Notes under the pieces: model-generated
The model's input: only the letters and a program-made list of their open reading frames with translations
Databases searched by the model: none
Told to the model about the DNA's origin: nothing
Made by a program: the position numbers and the translations under genes
Assembly: GCA_965199495.1 (NCBI GenBank)
Contig: CBDASK010000003.1
Coordinates: 4,320,001 to 4,384,000 of the forward strand
DNA length: 64,000 nt
Direction: 5' to 3'
Origin: Abditibacterium sp.
GTDB taxonomy: Bacteria; Armatimonadota; Abditibacteriia; Abditibacteriales; Abditibacteriaceae
Shown here: piece by piece, positions 46,402 through 58,600 of the stretch
How the letters are laid out: every line of letters begins with the position of its first letter
Position numbering within the stretch: the first letter of the stretch is position 1

Positions 46402-47853
46402 ATGAACCCTCCTTCTCATCCTACGCGCATCGGACTTTTCGGCATCGGCCTCGACACTTACTGGCCCCAATTTCCCGGCCTCGAAGCCCGCTTGCAATGC
46501 TATCTGGGCGAGGTCGAAAATCGCATCGCGCGTCCGGGCGTCGAGGTCGTGAACCTCGGTTTGATCGACACGCCAGAAAAAGCGATGGAAGCCGGTCACG
46601 ATTTTCGGCGCGCCGATGTCGATGTGATTTTCCTGCACGTCACGACTTACGCGCTTTCATCCACGGTGCTGCCCGTCGTGCGCCGCGCCAAAGTGCCGGT
46701 GATTATCCTCAACCTCGCGCCCGATGCGGCCATTGATTACGCGGCGTTCAATGCGCTGGGCGACCGCACGCAGATGACGGGCGAATGGCTGGCGTATTGT
46801 TCGGCGTGTCCCGTGCCCGAAATCGCCAACGTGTTTGGGCGCGCGGGCATTGATTTTCATCAAATCACCGGCATTTTGGGCGAGACACGCGACGAAGACC
46901 CGGCGTGCTGGAACGAAGTGGACGAATGGATCGAAGCCGCGCGCGTGCAGAGCATCATGGAGCGCAATCGCTTAGGTTTGATGGGCCATCCTTACGGCGG
47001 GATGCTCGATATTTACTCGGATTTGACGCTGCAAACCGCTATTTTTGGCGGACACATGGAGATTTTGGAAGTGGACGAACTCGCCGCCAAACGCCGCGAG
47101 GTGACGAGCGAACAAATCGCGGATCGCGTCGCGCATTTGCACAAGGCGTTCGACGTGCAAGCCGACTGCGAACCCGCCGAACTCGAACGCGCGGCGCGCA
47201 CTTCGGTCGCGCTCGACCAACTGGTGGAAGAGCACGATTTGGGTTCGCTGGCCTATTATTACATGGGCAGCGGCAACGCCGACAACGAGGACACGATTTC
47301 CTCGATTATTCTGGGCACCTCGCTGTTGACGGCGCGCGGCATTCCGGTCGCTGGCGAATACGAAGTGAAAAACGCCCAAGCGATGAAAATTCTCGATTCG
47401 TTTGGTGCCGGTGGCTCCTTCACCGAGTATTATGCCCTTGACTTCAACGAAGATTTGGTGTTGATGGGCCACGATGGGCCGGGGCACATTCAGATCGCGC
47501 AGGGCCAAACTAAGGTGCGGCCACTCAAGGTGTATCACGGCAAAGTCGGGCGCGGTTTAAGCGTCGAAATGGCCGTCGAACAAGGGCCGGTCACGCTACT
47601 TTCGGTCGTCGAAGACCCGCGCAAAGGCACGCTCAAATTGTTGGTGGCGCAGGGCGAATCGGTGCCGGGGCCGATTCTGGAAATCGGCAACACCAACTCG
47701 CGCTATCGCTTTTCCATCGGCGCGCGCCGCTTTGTCAATGAGTGGAACGCGCGTGGCCCGGCCCATCACTGTGCTGTTGGCGTCGGGCACGTCGCGCCGA
47801 AGTTGCAGAAGTTGGCGCTGTTACTCGGCATCGAAATGGTGCAGGTTTGTTGA
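46402..47853 (+). CDS. L-fucose/L-arabinose isomerase-family protein
   Basis: GLDTYWPQF, GGMLDIYSD, AGEYEVKNA, GHDGPGH, PAHHCAVG. Confidence 0.85.
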   Translation: MNPPSHPTRIGLFGIGLDTYWPQFPGLEARLQCYLGEVENRIARPGVEVVNLGLIDTPEKAMEAGHDFRRADVDVIFLHVTTYALSSTVLPVVRRAKVPVIILNLAPDAAIDYAAFNALGDRTQMTGEWLAYCSACPVPEIANVFGRAGIDFHQITGILGETRDEDPACWNEVDEWIEAARVQSIMERNRLGLMGHPYGGMLDIYSDLTLQTAIFGGHMEILEVDELAAKRREVTSEQIADRVAHLHKAFDVQADCEPAELERAARTSVALDQLVEEHDLGSLAYYYMGSGNADNEDTISSIILGTSLLTARGIPVAGEYEVKNAQAMKILDSFGAGGSFTEYYALDFNEDLVLMGHDGPGHIQIAQGQTKVRPLKVYHGKVGRGLSVEMAVEQGPVTLLSVVEDPRKGTLKLLVAQGESVPGPILEIGNTNSRYRFSIGARRFVNEWNARGPAHHCAVGVGHVAPKLQKLALLLGIEMVQVC

Positions 47854-47860
47854 GGTATGG

Positions 47861-48005
47861 AAGCGAATGAATTCGCAGCCACAGTTAAGTGTCGGCCTGC
47901 GCCGACACGAAAAAATTTTGAGAGTGACGCCCAGTTTTTCTTGGTAATAAACTCTTCGTGTCGGCGCAGGCCGACACTTAACTGTGGCTGCGAATTCATT
48001 CGCTT
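47861..48005. repeat. REPIN-like element with perfect 51-bp inverted arms
   Basis: AAGCGAATGAATTCGCAGCCACAGTTAAGTGTCGGCCTGCGCCGACACGAA at 47861..47911; exact reverse complement at 47955..48005. Confidence 0.9.
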
Positions 48006-48044
48006 TCTTTGTAACGAAATTTAAACAACGTTTGCTCCGCTTCG

Positions 48045-49001
48045 ATGCCCTCGCTTAATTTCCAATTTTCGCCCCGCGCCAACATCGCTTTGATGTCCTG
48101 CGATTTTGCGTCGCTGGGCGCGAGCGGTGCGCTCGAATTAGTTTTGCGCCGCGAATTTTATGCGGCGGGTGAAACAACGGGAACTCATTTGCACCGCGAT
48201 TTTTGCGCGCTTTACGTGGTCAAAAGCGGGCGTGGTGTTCATCAAATCGACGGCATTCCGTTTGGCATCGCGCGCGGCGACGTTTACCTGTTGCCGCCCG
48301 GCGCGCGCCACGCTTACACCGGTTACCAAAACCTGGAAATCGACGCTTTTTATTTCCCGCCCGCTTTATGGAGTGACGAAGAATTAGGCGCTTTGCGCGA
48401 AGTATCGGGCTTTTGGCATTTGCTGCTGGAAAACGAGGCGCGGCGTCTTCATCTGACGCCCGAATTGCACGCCCAAATTGAAACGTCCATCGCCGAAATG
48501 CGTATCGAAGCCGCCACCAACGAACGCGCCACGCCATTTCTACTGCGCGCCTTATTTTTCCGACTCTTGATAAGATTAGCGCGCGCCGCGCCCGCAGCAG
48601 CCACGCCGCCTCGACGCCCTGACGCCGCGCAGGGCGGGAATGCACAAAAAGGCGAACTTCACTTCGCCGAACTTATCGCGTGGTGCGAGGCCAACGTCGA
48701 GCGCGAAATCTCGGTCGCGCAAATGGCGGCGCGCCTGTTTCTCTCGCCCGCTCACTTTGCGCGCGGCTGGAAACGAGAATTTGGCGTGCCGCCCGCCGCT
48801 TATTTGCGACGCCTCAAATTGGAGCGCGCGCGAGCGCTCCTCGAACATTCCGATCAGAGCGTGGCCCACATCGCGCGCGTAGTCGGCTTCAAAAGTGCGG
48901 CCCACTTTTCGCGTTCTTTTCGCAATTGTTACAGCGTGTCGCCACTGCAATTTCGCCGCACGGTGACGCTTAAATCGAGCGCGCTGGCGAACTCAACTTG
49001 A
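48045..49001 (+). CDS. AraC-family regulator (RhaR/RhaS-like cupin)
   Basis: HLHRDF..GRGVHQIDG..GDVYLLPPGARHAY; C-terminal double HTH. Confidence 0.92.
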   Translation: MPSLNFQFSPRANIALMSCDFASLGASGALELVLRREFYAAGETTGTHLHRDFCALYVVKSGRGVHQIDGIPFGIARGDVYLLPPGARHAYTGYQNLEIDAFYFPPALWSDEELGALREVSGFWHLLLENEARRLHLTPELHAQIETSIAEMRIEAATNERATPFLLRALFFRLLIRLARAAPAAATPPRRPDAAQGGNAQKGELHFAELIAWCEANVEREISVAQMAARLFLSPAHFARGWKREFGVPPAAYLRRLKLERARALLEHSDQSVAHIARVVGFKSAAHFSRSFRNCYSVSPLQFRRTVTLKSSALANST

Positions 49002-49134
49002 TTTGAACGCGCTTGAAATTTGCGAGCCACTAAAATAGAAAACGCGCGCGTGGCATCGCGGCGTGAGTTTGGCGTTGCTTCTCTACCGCTCCAGCCGCCG
49101 CGCCTTTAAATTTGAGTCGCGCGCCGCGCACCAA

Positions 49135-49168
49135 CAAAAGCCGCGATCCGATCCGATCGCGGCTTTTG
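49135..49168. terminator. bidirectional terminator
   Basis: CAAAAGCCGCGATC...GATCGCGGCTTTTG. Confidence 0.75.
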
Positions 49169-49207
49169 GTTTGAGTTTTATATTCGACAACGGCGATTAA
49201 AAATGCC

Positions 49208-49987
49208 TTAGTTGCGTGGAGCGTCTATCGCCTCAACTTTGTTTTTAGCGGCGGCGGTGGCAACGACATCTGCGGCGATGAAGGGAGCGGCTTCCTGGCG
49301 AATCGTTGCGATGGCCTGTTGCATCGCCGGTGTTTTCAGCATTTTGTCGATGACATCTTTGGCGAGCAGTCGGGCCGCTTCGGTGTCGGTGGGATAATGA
49401 ACGCCGCCCACAATGCGACCCCACATAACGCGATGGGTCATTTCATCGAAACCATCGGCTTTGTCCGGGAAAGCGGCGGCGAGAACGAAATCGGGGATGG
49501 CCGTGCCATAGACGTGGCCGCTGGGATAACTGCCAGCATCGCCAATCCTGCCAGCAACGGGAGAGACGAGATTGGAACGCGTGTAAGGCCGTGGGCGCTG
49601 CCATTTCTTCTTGGCATCTTCTTTTACTTTGTCGGTCACCTTGGTGACCTGTCGCAGAATATCCGCCGTTTTAGGCAAGTTTTCCCGCGTGAACCAAGGC
49701 CCCATGACTTCGCGCCCCATCTCGAAAATTGAAGGGCTTTCCATTTTCTTGGCAAGAGCTATGTCCTCCGGTGTGCGGTGAGCCTGCACATAGAGCAACG
49801 TATCGAGATCGGCGAGTCCGGCGGGCGAGTCGTTGGCGGGCGGCGGCGGCAGAATGGAGAAATCGGTGCCCGGCGGCAAAAAGATGGGATCATCCGCGTG
49901 GCTGACACTTCCCGTCAGGGCAAGGAAAGAGGCGAGAATTAGAGCAACGAAGGCGCTGCCAATTTTTTTACGGGAAGTGAGAATCAT
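49208..49987 (-). CDS. class A acid phosphatase (PAP2)
   Basis: Signal peptide; KKKWQRPRP, SYPSGH, GRIVGGVHYPTD. Confidence 0.9.
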   Translation of the reverse strand: MILTSRKKIGSAFVALILASFLALTGSVSHADDPIFLPPGTDFSILPPPPANDSPAGLADLDTLLYVQAHRTPEDIALAKKMESPSIFEMGREVMGPWFTRENLPKTADILRQVTKVTDKVKEDAKKKWQRPRPYTRSNLVSPVAGRIGDAGSYPSGHVYGTAIPDFVLAAAFPDKADGFDEMTHRVMWGRIVGGVHYPTDTEAARLLAKDVIDKMLKTPAMQQAIATIRQEAAPFIAADVVATAAAKNKVEAIDAPRN

Positions 49988-50309
49988 AGTTCAAGAGATG
50001 TCTGCTCGACGGAAAAAGTTTAGCGCAGAAGCGTGAAGTCAAGGCTCAGATGAATTGCACTCAAAAAGGTAGCCCCAGATTTTAGATAAGTGACGAACAC
50101 TTTTGTGGTAAGAAAATCCTTCAAAGTTGGCCGATTCTCCTTGCGACCGTGACCAGCGAAATCAAATCCTACGAAACGCTCAAAATGCCCGATTGCAAGT
50201 GGCGCAAGTCGGCTACTCAGAACCGTTATATCTCAGCCATGCAAGTTTAAAAACTTTTTTTATTTTGATGTTTAAAAGTTAATCGAAGTGGGTATACTCA
50301 ATTTAGGCT

Positions 50310-50355
50310 TAACGTTATGGGTCATTATTTTTTGTTGTTCATCCATAACGTTATA
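50310..50355. promoter_or_regulatory. tandem putative operators (C)ATAACGTTAT(G)
   Basis: TAACGTTATG at 50310 and CATAACGTTATA at 50344, immediately upstream of the DUF1559 gene. Confidence 0.55.
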
Positions 50356-50370
50356 GGAATTCTTCAGATC

Positions 50371-51168
50371 ATGAAATCTCCCTCTTTCCATCGCTCTCCT
50401 GTTACCAGAAATTCTGGGTTTACTTTGATCGAGCTTCTCGTAGTTATCGCGATTATCGCGATTCTCGCGGCGATTTTGTTCCCGGTTTTCGCCCGCGCGC
50501 GGGAAAACGCGCGTCGTTCGTCTTGCACCAGCAATCTCAAACAGGTCGGTTTGGGAATGCTGCAATACAGTCAAGATTATGACGAACTCATGGTTCGCAC
50601 CAGTTATGGGGTGGGCTTAGGCGATGGTCGTTCCGATGGTTCGCCCGGCAACTTCAAATACAAATGGATGGACGCCATTCAGCCCTATACCAAAAGCACG
50701 CAGATTTTCGTTTGTCCCAGTGATTCTTCGACTTACGGCGGAAAATATGTTCCCAGCGTGCCCGGCGCACCGGCCAACAACGCGGCGTTTGGTTCTTACG
50801 CCATCAACTGTGGGGGCGATGGGCGCACCGGGGCCTCGGTTAACGACCGCGATGTCAATCTGGCCTCGCTTGGAGCACCGGCCACGACGGTGTGGGTTGC
50901 CGATTCGGAAGCGTATGCGACGATTGATCCGGCCTATCGTTTTGTGGGCAACAATTTCACTTTCGATGAGGCCGCGCGGCCCCGTCGTTTGCAAGCCTAT
51001 AATGGCCAATCGGCGGCTTTGGTCGAGCGCCATCTGGAAACTACTAACGTGCTGTTCACCGATGGACACGTTAAGTCGCTAAAGATGAATGTATTGGCCC
51101 AGAATAATCCTGATCCCAACGCGCCCGCTTCGAGCCGCCATCCGATGTTTACCACCGAAGACGATTAA
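50371..51168 (+). CDS. prepilin-type N-methylation / DUF1559 protein
   Basis: [41 protein letters not shown]. Confidence 0.93.
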   Translation: MKSPSFHRSPVTRNSGFTLIELLVVIAIIAILAAILFPVFARARENARRSSCTSNLKQVGLGMLQYSQDYDELMVRTSYGVGLGDGRSDGSPGNFKYKWMDAIQPYTKSTQIFVCPSDSSTYGGKYVPSVPGAPANNAAFGSYAINCGGDGRTGASVNDRDVNLASLGAPATTVWVADSEAYATIDPAYRFVGNNFTFDEAARPRRLQAYNGQSAALVERHLETTNVLFTDGHVKSLKMNVLAQNNPDPNAPASSRHPMFTTEDD

Positions 51169-51278
51169 TTCCTCTTCGATTTCGCTCATTTCAAACGCCC
51201 GCGCGCAACGAGAAAGCGGCTGTCTTGTTCTTAACCAAGGCGGTCGCTTTCTTTTCGCCTTGCTGCCCTACTCTCACG

Positions 51279-54275
51279 ATGAAATTTCTTGTTCCCGTCA
51301 CACTCTGCGCGCTCGGCCTGAGCGTTTTTACTTTTGCCGATATTTCTGTGGCGGCACCCGCAAAAACAGGTTTGGTCAATTTGCGCTGCGAATACCTATC
51401 CAATCCGCTTTCGGTTGATGCAGCCACGCCGCGCCTGAGTTGGGTGCCGCAGTCGAATCAGCGCGGTTGGCGCCAGAGCGCCTATCGCGTGCAAGTCGCT
51501 TCGAGCGCGCAAAAGTTGGGGAACGGCGCCGATTTGTGGGATAGCGGCAAAGTCAAATCGGCGCAAACGTTGGGCGTGCGCTACGCGGGCAAACCGCTGC
51601 AATCGGGCACGCGTTGTTTTTGGCGCGTGCAGGTTTGGGACAGTAAAGATCAAGCGTTGCCCGTTAGCGCGCCGAGTTTCTGGCAGATGGGTTTGCTGCG
51701 CCAATCCGATTGGCGCGCGCAGTGGATCAGCGCGCAAACGCCGCGCGACGTGAAAGTTGACGGACTCACATTGCCGCCCGTGCCGATGCTGCGCAAAATG
51801 TTCACCGTGTCCAAACCTCTCGCGCGCGCGACGATGTGGGTGAGCGCGCGCGGGCTTTACGAGATGCGTCTCAACGGCGCCAAAGTCGGCGACCGTATGA
51901 TGGCGCCCGGCTGGACGGATACTAACACGCGCATCCAATATCAGGCTTACGATGTGAAGGCGCAACTCAAGCCGGGCGTCAACGCCGTTGGCGCCTTGCT
52001 GGGCGACGGCTGGTATAGCGGATACGTTGGGTTTGGAAAACAGAACCATCATTATGGCCACGATGTCGCGCTCAAAATGCAGATGCAAGTGCGCTACATC
52101 GACGGCACAACTCAAACCGTCGTCAGCGATCCGTCGTGGCAGGGCGCGAGCGGGCCGATGGTTTATTCGGATATGCTGATGGGCGAGTTTTACGACGCGC
52201 GCCTCGAACAAACCGGTTGGGACACCGCTAATTTCAAGGGCAACTGGAAAAGCGCCGAACTCGCCAGTGAATCGGGCGGGCAAATCGTGGACGTGACCGA
52301 CAAATTGCGCGCGTTGATTGAGAATGGCGCGCTTTCGGTCAAAGTGGGCAACGACATCGCGGGCGATCCGGCGTTTAACACGGTGAAAACTCTGCGCGTG
52401 CAATACACGCTCGATGGCGTCGCCAAAACGCAAACTCTACCCGAAGACCAAACGCTGAACTTGCCCGGCGACGGACAAACCGGCAAATTGGCCATCGTCA
52501 AAGCGACCTATGGCGTCAATCGCGATGCGAACGCGGCGGCGCTTTTGGTCGGCTCGCAGGCGCCCGCCGTGCGCGTGACGCAGGAGTTGAAACCGGTAAA
52601 GATTACGCAACCGAAGCCGGGCAATTTTGTTTTCGATATGGGCCAAAACATGGTCGGCGTGACGCGCCTCGCGGTGCGTGGCGCGGCGGGCACGCGGGTT
52701 CAGTTGCGTTTCGCCGAAATGCTCAACCCCGACGGCACCGTTTATACCGCCAATCTGCGCAGCGCGCGCGCGACCGACACTTACATTTGCAAAGGCGGCG
52801 GAATCGAAACTTTCGAGCCGCGTTTTACCTTTCACGGTTTTCGCTACGTCGAAGTGACCGGCTTTCCCGGCACGCCCAATTTAAACGCGCTGACGGGTCT
52901 GGTCATCGGCTCGGATATTCCTGTAACCGGCACTTTCAACACGTCTTCGGCGCTGGTTAATCAACTGCAAAGCAACATTGACTGGGGCCAGCGCGGCAAC
53001 TTTCTGAGCGTACCGACCGATTGCCCGCAACGCGATGAGCGTTTGGGCTGGATGGGCGACGCACAGGTTTTCGCCAAAACCGCGACTTATAACCGCGACG
53101 TGGCTGCGTTCTTCGAGAAGTGGCTGCAAGATGTAAAAGACGCGCAGACGCCCGACGGCGGCTATCCCGATGTGGCGCCGCGCAAAGTGGACAACGGCAA
53201 CGGCGCGCCCGCGTGGGGAGATGCGGGCGTCATTGTGCCGTGGACGATTTATCAGGCGTATGGCGACCGCGAAATCATTGACCGGCAGTGGGTTTCGATG
53301 GGCAAATGGCTGGATTATATCACTTCGGTTAATCCCGACGGTTTATGGAAAAACCGCCGCGCCAACGATTTCGGCGACTGGCTTTCGATTGGCGCCGACA
53401 CCGACAAAGAATTGCTGGCGACCGCCTATTACGCTTACGACGCCGACCTGATGGCGCGCATGGCGCGCGCCACTCACCGCGGCGCCGAAGCGACACAATA
53501 CGACGCGCTTTTCAATAAAATTAAAGCCGCCTTCAACGCGGCTTACGTGAGCGAGAACGGCAAACTCAAGGGCGACACGCAAACCGCGTATCTGCTGGCG
53601 TTGCACTTCGATTTGCTGCCCGCAAACCTGCGCGCCGGGGCAACGCAGCGTTTGGTCGCCGACATTTCGGCCAAAAACGATCATCTCTCGACCGGCTTTA
53701 TCGGCGTCGGTTATCTGTGCCCGACGCTGAGCGATAACGGGCGCAACGATGTCGCTTACAAGCTGTTATTGCAAGACACGTTTCCTTCGTGGGGCTACTC
53801 GATTAAAAACGGCGCGACGACGATCTGGGAACGCTGGGACGGCTGGACGCAAGACAAAGGCTTTCAAAATGCGGGCATGAACTCGTTTAATCACTACTCG
53901 CTCGGCTCGGTCGGCCAGTGGATGTTTGGCACCGTCGGCGGCATCCAAACCGACCCCGGTTATCCCGGTTTCGAGCGGATTTTGCTGCATCCGCAACCCG
54001 GCCCCGGCCTAACTTTCGCCAACGCGACTTACGACAGCGTGCGTGGGCGCATCGTCAGCAACTGGAAAACCGAGGCGAACGCGACGACCTACGATATTAC
54101 GATTCCCGCGAACACGACGGCGACAGTGACGCTCGCAGCGAAGGACGCCAAATCGGTCAGCGAAGGCGGGCGCGCGGCGAATGTCGCGCCGGGCGTGAAA
54201 TTGGTGGGTCAGAAAGACGGCAACGCGGTTTTCGCGGTCGGTTCGGGCGTTTACCGGTTTGTCGTCGCTGGGTAA
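51279..54275 (+). CDS. secreted GH78 alpha-L-rhamnosidase
   Basis: LRCEYLSNP, FDMGQNMVG, FTFHGFRYVE, PTDCPQRDERLGWMGD, ATTIWERW, SFNHY. Confidence 0.94.
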   Translation: MKFLVPVTLCALGLSVFTFADISVAAPAKTGLVNLRCEYLSNPLSVDAATPRLSWVPQSNQRGWRQSAYRVQVASSAQKLGNGADLWDSGKVKSAQTLGVRYAGKPLQSGTRCFWRVQVWDSKDQALPVSAPSFWQMGLLRQSDWRAQWISAQTPRDVKVDGLTLPPVPMLRKMFTVSKPLARATMWVSARGLYEMRLNGAKVGDRMMAPGWTDTNTRIQYQAYDVKAQLKPGVNAVGALLGDGWYSGYVGFGKQNHHYGHDVALKMQMQVRYIDGTTQTVVSDPSWQGASGPMVYSDMLMGEFYDARLEQTGWDTANFKGNWKSAELASESGGQIVDVTDKLRALIENGALSVKVGNDIAGDPAFNTVKTLRVQYTLDGVAKTQTLPEDQTLNLPGDGQTGKLAIVKATYGVNRDANAAALLVGSQAPAVRVTQELKPVKITQPKPGNFVFDMGQNMVGVTRLAVRGAAGTRVQLRFAEMLNPDGTVYTANLRSARATDTYICKGGGIETFEPRFTFHGFRYVEVTGFPGTPNLNALTGLVIGSDIPVTGTFNTSSALVNQLQSNIDWGQRGNFLSVPTDCPQRDERLGWMGDAQVFAKTATYNRDVAAFFEKWLQDVKDAQTPDGGYPDVAPRKVDNGNGAPAWGDAGVIVPWTIYQAYGDREIIDRQWVSMGKWLDYITSVNPDGLWKNRRANDFGDWLSIGADTDKELLATAYYAYDADLMARMARATHRGAEATQYDALFNKIKAAFNAAYVSENGKLKGDTQTAYLLALHFDLLPANLRAGATQRLVADISAKNDHLSTGFIGVGYLCPTLSDNGRNDVAYKLLLQDTFPSWGYSIKNGATTIWERWDGWTQDKGFQNAGMNSFNHYSLGSVGQWMFGTVGGIQTDPGYPGFERILLHPQPGPGLTFANATYDSVRGRIVSNWKTEANATTYDITIPANTTATVTLAAKDAKSVSEGGRAANVAPGVKLVGQKDGNAVFAVGSGVYRFVVAG

Positions 54276-54507
54276 GAGCCACTTTTTGTGGGTTCAATGA
54301 GAAGTCAGTCGCGACCCTTTCATTTTTTGATTCGTGTGGAAAATTTCCGGCAGAGTGCGCCTCTGATGCAGCCACGTCGCGGCGGGCATAAACCCAACCC
54401 TCTCGTCACCCGAATTCGATGGTTGCGCGTGGCTCATCGTGTTTGGAGCGCGTTCGGTGAAAATTAACGCCGAAATTAGGTTAAACTAAACTCTGCGCTC
54501 CGTTCCC

Positions 54508-55545
54508 ATGCCGACTAAAACCGAGAAAACTCCGACCAAACGTGCAGCTCGTCCCAAACGCGTGACGCTACGCGACATCGCAGAAGTCGCGGGTGTTCAC
54601 GTCATGACGGTTTCCGATGCTCTCAACGACACGCGCAGCGTGGCTCCGGCGACGCGGGCGCGCATCAAGGAAATCGCCCGCGAAATGAACTATGTGCCCA
54701 ACTCGGCGGCGCGCGCCCTCGTCACGGGCAAAACCGGCCTTATCGCCGTTTTGAGCGGCATTTTGTCCGAGCCTTATTACGCCAACATCGTTCATCAACT
54801 CGAAGACCGCATCAGCGATTCTGGGCTGCATATGCTGCTGATGCGGTCGCATAAAGAGATCGCGGGCGTCGTCAACGCCAGCATCGCTGTTGACGGCATT
54901 ATCGCCATTGACCGGTCTGAGCTGGTCGAGGAATTGAAGTCGCTGCCCAAAGTGCCGTGCGTCGCCATCGGCACCCAGGCGTTGCCCGGCGTTGACAACG
55001 TGACCATCGATTTAAGTGCCAGCGTCGCCGAGGGATTGCGCCTGATGCTGGATGCCGGACGCGAGCGCATCGCCTATCTGGTGACGGCGCCCAGCATGGA
55101 GCAGGACAACGAAGTGCGCGCGCGCGTTTATCGCGCCACGATGAAAGCCGCGAATCGAACGCCCGAATTCATTAACGTCAGAGCCGACGAGATTCACGTT
55201 ATCGAGCGCCGTTTCCGCGAATACATCGAGCAACACGGCGCGCCCGACGCGCTGTTTTGCCAGAACGACGAAACGGCGATGTGCGCCTTTAGCGTTTTGC
55301 GAAGTTTGGGCTACTCCATCCCGGACGACCTGCTTTTGCTGGGTTGCGACGGCCAACTGCACATGAAGTATTTCGACCCGCCGCTCAGCACGATTATCCA
55401 ACCGATAATACCGATCTGCAAAGCCGCGTGGCAACTTTTGCAGCGCCGTTTGGAGCAGCCCGATTTGCCGCTTCAAACCGTGGTTTTCGAGGGCGAATTG
55501 GTGATCACTCCGTCGTTGGTGGGCGCCAGTTCGACGCGCGAATAA
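54508..55545 (+). CDS. LacI-family regulator (paralog of 35164..36189)
   Basis: VTLRDIAEVAGVHVMTVSDALN, CQNDETA, PPLSTI. Confidence 0.93.
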   Translation: MPTKTEKTPTKRAARPKRVTLRDIAEVAGVHVMTVSDALNDTRSVAPATRARIKEIAREMNYVPNSAARALVTGKTGLIAVLSGILSEPYYANIVHQLEDRISDSGLHMLLMRSHKEIAGVVNASIAVDGIIAIDRSELVEELKSLPKVPCVAIGTQALPGVDNVTIDLSASVAEGLRLMLDAGRERIAYLVTAPSMEQDNEVRARVYRATMKAANRTPEFINVRADEIHVIERRFREYIEQHGAPDALFCQNDETAMCAFSVLRSLGYSIPDDLLLLGCDGQLHMKYFDPPLSTIIQPIIPICKAAWQLLQRRLEQPDLPLQTVVFEGELVITPSLVGASSTRE

Positions 55546-55634
55546 ACGCGAGGCGTCGAGGAAGATTTGCGCTATATCGCGCTTGTCAATACAGAGGCGA
55601 CACGCTGTGTAGCAGCGGCAAATCCAAAAAACAG

Positions 55635-55666
55635 AAGGGCCGACGAAATCCACTTCGTCGGCCCTT
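55635..55666. terminator. terminator hairpin
   Basis: AAGGGCCGACGAA...TTCGTCGGCCCTT. Confidence 0.7.
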
Positions 55667-55685
55667 TTCACGCCTGAACCTCCCA

Positions 55686-58600
55686 TTACTTCTTGGGCGC
55701 CGCGCACGCGAAATGGTAATCGCCCGCCTCGACCGTCAGCTTCGCAGTGCCATTTTCGTAACCCAACATTTTCACGCCCGTCGATGCAGCCACGGGCGTG
55801 CCGCCTTCGCGAATTGGCGCGTTGGCCGCGCACGGCACCATCACCGTGGCTGTTGTGTTGGCCGGAACGACGACGTGCCAACCGAACTGGCCGTTCGTGA
55901 TTTTCCAATCGCTGACGATGGTGCCATAAACCGTGTCGTGCGTGGCGCGCGCGGATGTCAAATCGCCCCAAATGTGCGGCTGGAACACGATGGTTTTAAA
56001 GCCCGGACTGCCGATTTGAATGCCCGCCAAGTATTTGGTGAACCACGCGCTGACATCGCCAAACATGACGTGATCGCGCGAGTCGTCATTGTCGTCTTTG
56101 TCCGTCCAACGTTCCCACATCGAGGTCGCGCCTTTGTCGATCCAATAACCGTAGCTCGGCATCGAACGCGTCTGCAATATCCGATAAGCCACGTCGCCAC
56201 ATCCGTTATCAGCGAGCGTGCGCAACAAGTATTTCGCGCCCAAAATTCCCACGTCCATGTGATAATCCTGATTTTTCACTTCGGCCAAAAGTGCGTTAAT
56301 CACGGCGGGCTTATTCTGTTCTTCGACCAAACCTTGATACAAAGCGCAGCTTTGCGCGGTCAGGCTGCCATTGTCGTATTTGCCGGTTTTCGCGTCGTAA
56401 AACTTCTGGTTGAACGAAACCTTAATGCGCGCCGCCTGCTCGCTGTATTTGAGCGCATCGGCATCTTTGCCCAGCAACTGCGCCATTTTACTCAGCAAAA
56501 TCGAATCGGCGTAATAGTAAGCCGTGCTGGTCAAAGCGTTCGAGGTCTGCGTCTTGGCGGGCAACCAATCGCCCAAACCGTAATCCACGATATTATCTTT
56601 GGCACGCGACGACAAATAGTTCAGGTACGAAACTAAGTGTGGATAATGTTTTTCGACAATAGTTTGGTCGCCGCGATACTGATACAAATACCAAGTAATT
56701 AACGGGTAAGCGCTGTCCCACGACGGGCCGATATTGTATCCCCAACCCGAAGTCGGAATGATGGCGGCGAAGCTGCCATCGGGGCGCTGTTCGTCGGCGA
56801 TGTCTTGGAGCCACTTCTCGTAGTTGGCGGCGCCGTCGAAATTCGTCAGCCCCAGCTCGGCGGCCAGATGCGCGTCGCCCGTCCAGCCGTTTTTCTCGCG
56901 CGTCGGGCAGTCGGTCGGAATCGAGTGCCAGTTGTTGCGATACGACCACAACGCGATGCGCTGAATATCGTTCAAAAGCGGATTGGAACTCGAAAACGTG
57001 CCCGCCTCATCGAACGCCGTGTGCATGACCAAGCCGCGAAAGTTATCAACCGTCGGCGTTCCGGGGAAGCCCTTGACTTCGACGTAACGAAAACCGTGAT
57101 AGGTAAAAAGCGGATTCCAGACTTCGCGGCCCTGACCTTTGAATGTATAAATATCGGTCTGAAACTTGGCGTCCGGGTCACGGCGCTTGAGGAACACGTC
57201 AATGTTGTTGGCGTTGAGCGTGCCGTCGGGATGCAATTTCTCGGCACAGCGCAGCGAAACCTGCGTGCCCGCCGGGCCGGTGGCTCTGAGTTCCGGCACG
57301 CCCGCGAAGTTCTGGCCCATGTCCACGATGAAAGTGCCCGGCGTCGGCTGCGTTACGGCGATTGGCGTGAGCGTTTGCGTGACTTTAATCGCGGGCGCGA
57401 TTTGCGCGCTCAAAATGCCCTTCACCGGCTCGACCGACTGGGCTTTGGCCCATTGGCTGTCGTCGTAACTCGCCGTATTCCAACCGGGCATTTCGCGTCG
57501 CGCGTCGTAGTGAGTGCCGCTCGAAATGCTGTCGAAGGTGATCGGCCCATTTGCCGCTTTCCAACCTTCGTCGCTCGAAACGGTTTGCACGCGCCCGTCT
57601 TCGTATTCGACGCGCATTTCCAACTTCATTTTGGGCCGCGCGCGCCACGAAGCCGTATCAAAATCCCACACCGACAAAACGTGATCGTCGAAATGGCCCG
57701 TGCCCAAAATCACGCCGATGGCGTTATTGCCAGCTTTAAGATAATCGGTCACATCGTGCGCCACATAAAGCGAGCGGCGGTCGTAGCGCGTCCAGCCCGG
57801 ATCTAAAACGTGATCGCCGACTTTGCGCCCGTTGAGGCTCATTTCGTAATAACCTAAACCGCAAATATAAGCCGTCGCGCGCTTGATCTTGCCACCAATT
57901 TGAAAAGTGCGGCGCAGATAAGGCGCGGGCAAACCGGGAATAATTGTATTATTGGCGATGGCGCCCCACGGCCCTTCGCCGGTCGGCGCCAGAACTTGGG
58001 CCGCGCGCCAATTGGCGTCATCGAAAGCGGCGGCGAACCAATTGGGCGTTTCTTTATCGGTAGTTTTCCACGTCGCATCGGACGAGATCGTGAGTTGCGA
58101 GCCGTCGTTCCCATACCCAACCAATTGAGCAGCCACGCCGGCTGGGTTGGGCACGTTGTCGGCGGTATCACTCGCGTTGGTAACGGCGAGGGCGATGATA
58201 TTTTCGCCGACTTTCAGATCGCGCGTCACATCAATCGCCTCGCGTTTTTGCCACCCGTTTTCGCTCTGACCCACTTCGCGTCCATTAAGATAAATTGCCG
58301 CTTTGTTGTCGGCAGCCACGCGCAGCATCGCGTTTTGGATGACGGAGAGTTGATCTTTCGACAAGTCGAATTTCTGGCGAAACCAGCGCGTGCCCACGGG
58401 CGCGGCCACTTTCGGATCGCCCGTCGTTTCGGGAAACCAGACCCACGACGCGCCTTCGAGGGTCGGCACGCGGTCATTTTCGGCGCTCGCGCCCGGCGCG
58501 GCGTAACCCAGCCAACCGCCGTGCCAATCGGCTTCTTGGAGCAAGCCCATTTGCCACGAAGCGGCCTCGCTCTGCGCCGATTGGCCGTTTGGCGCCCAAA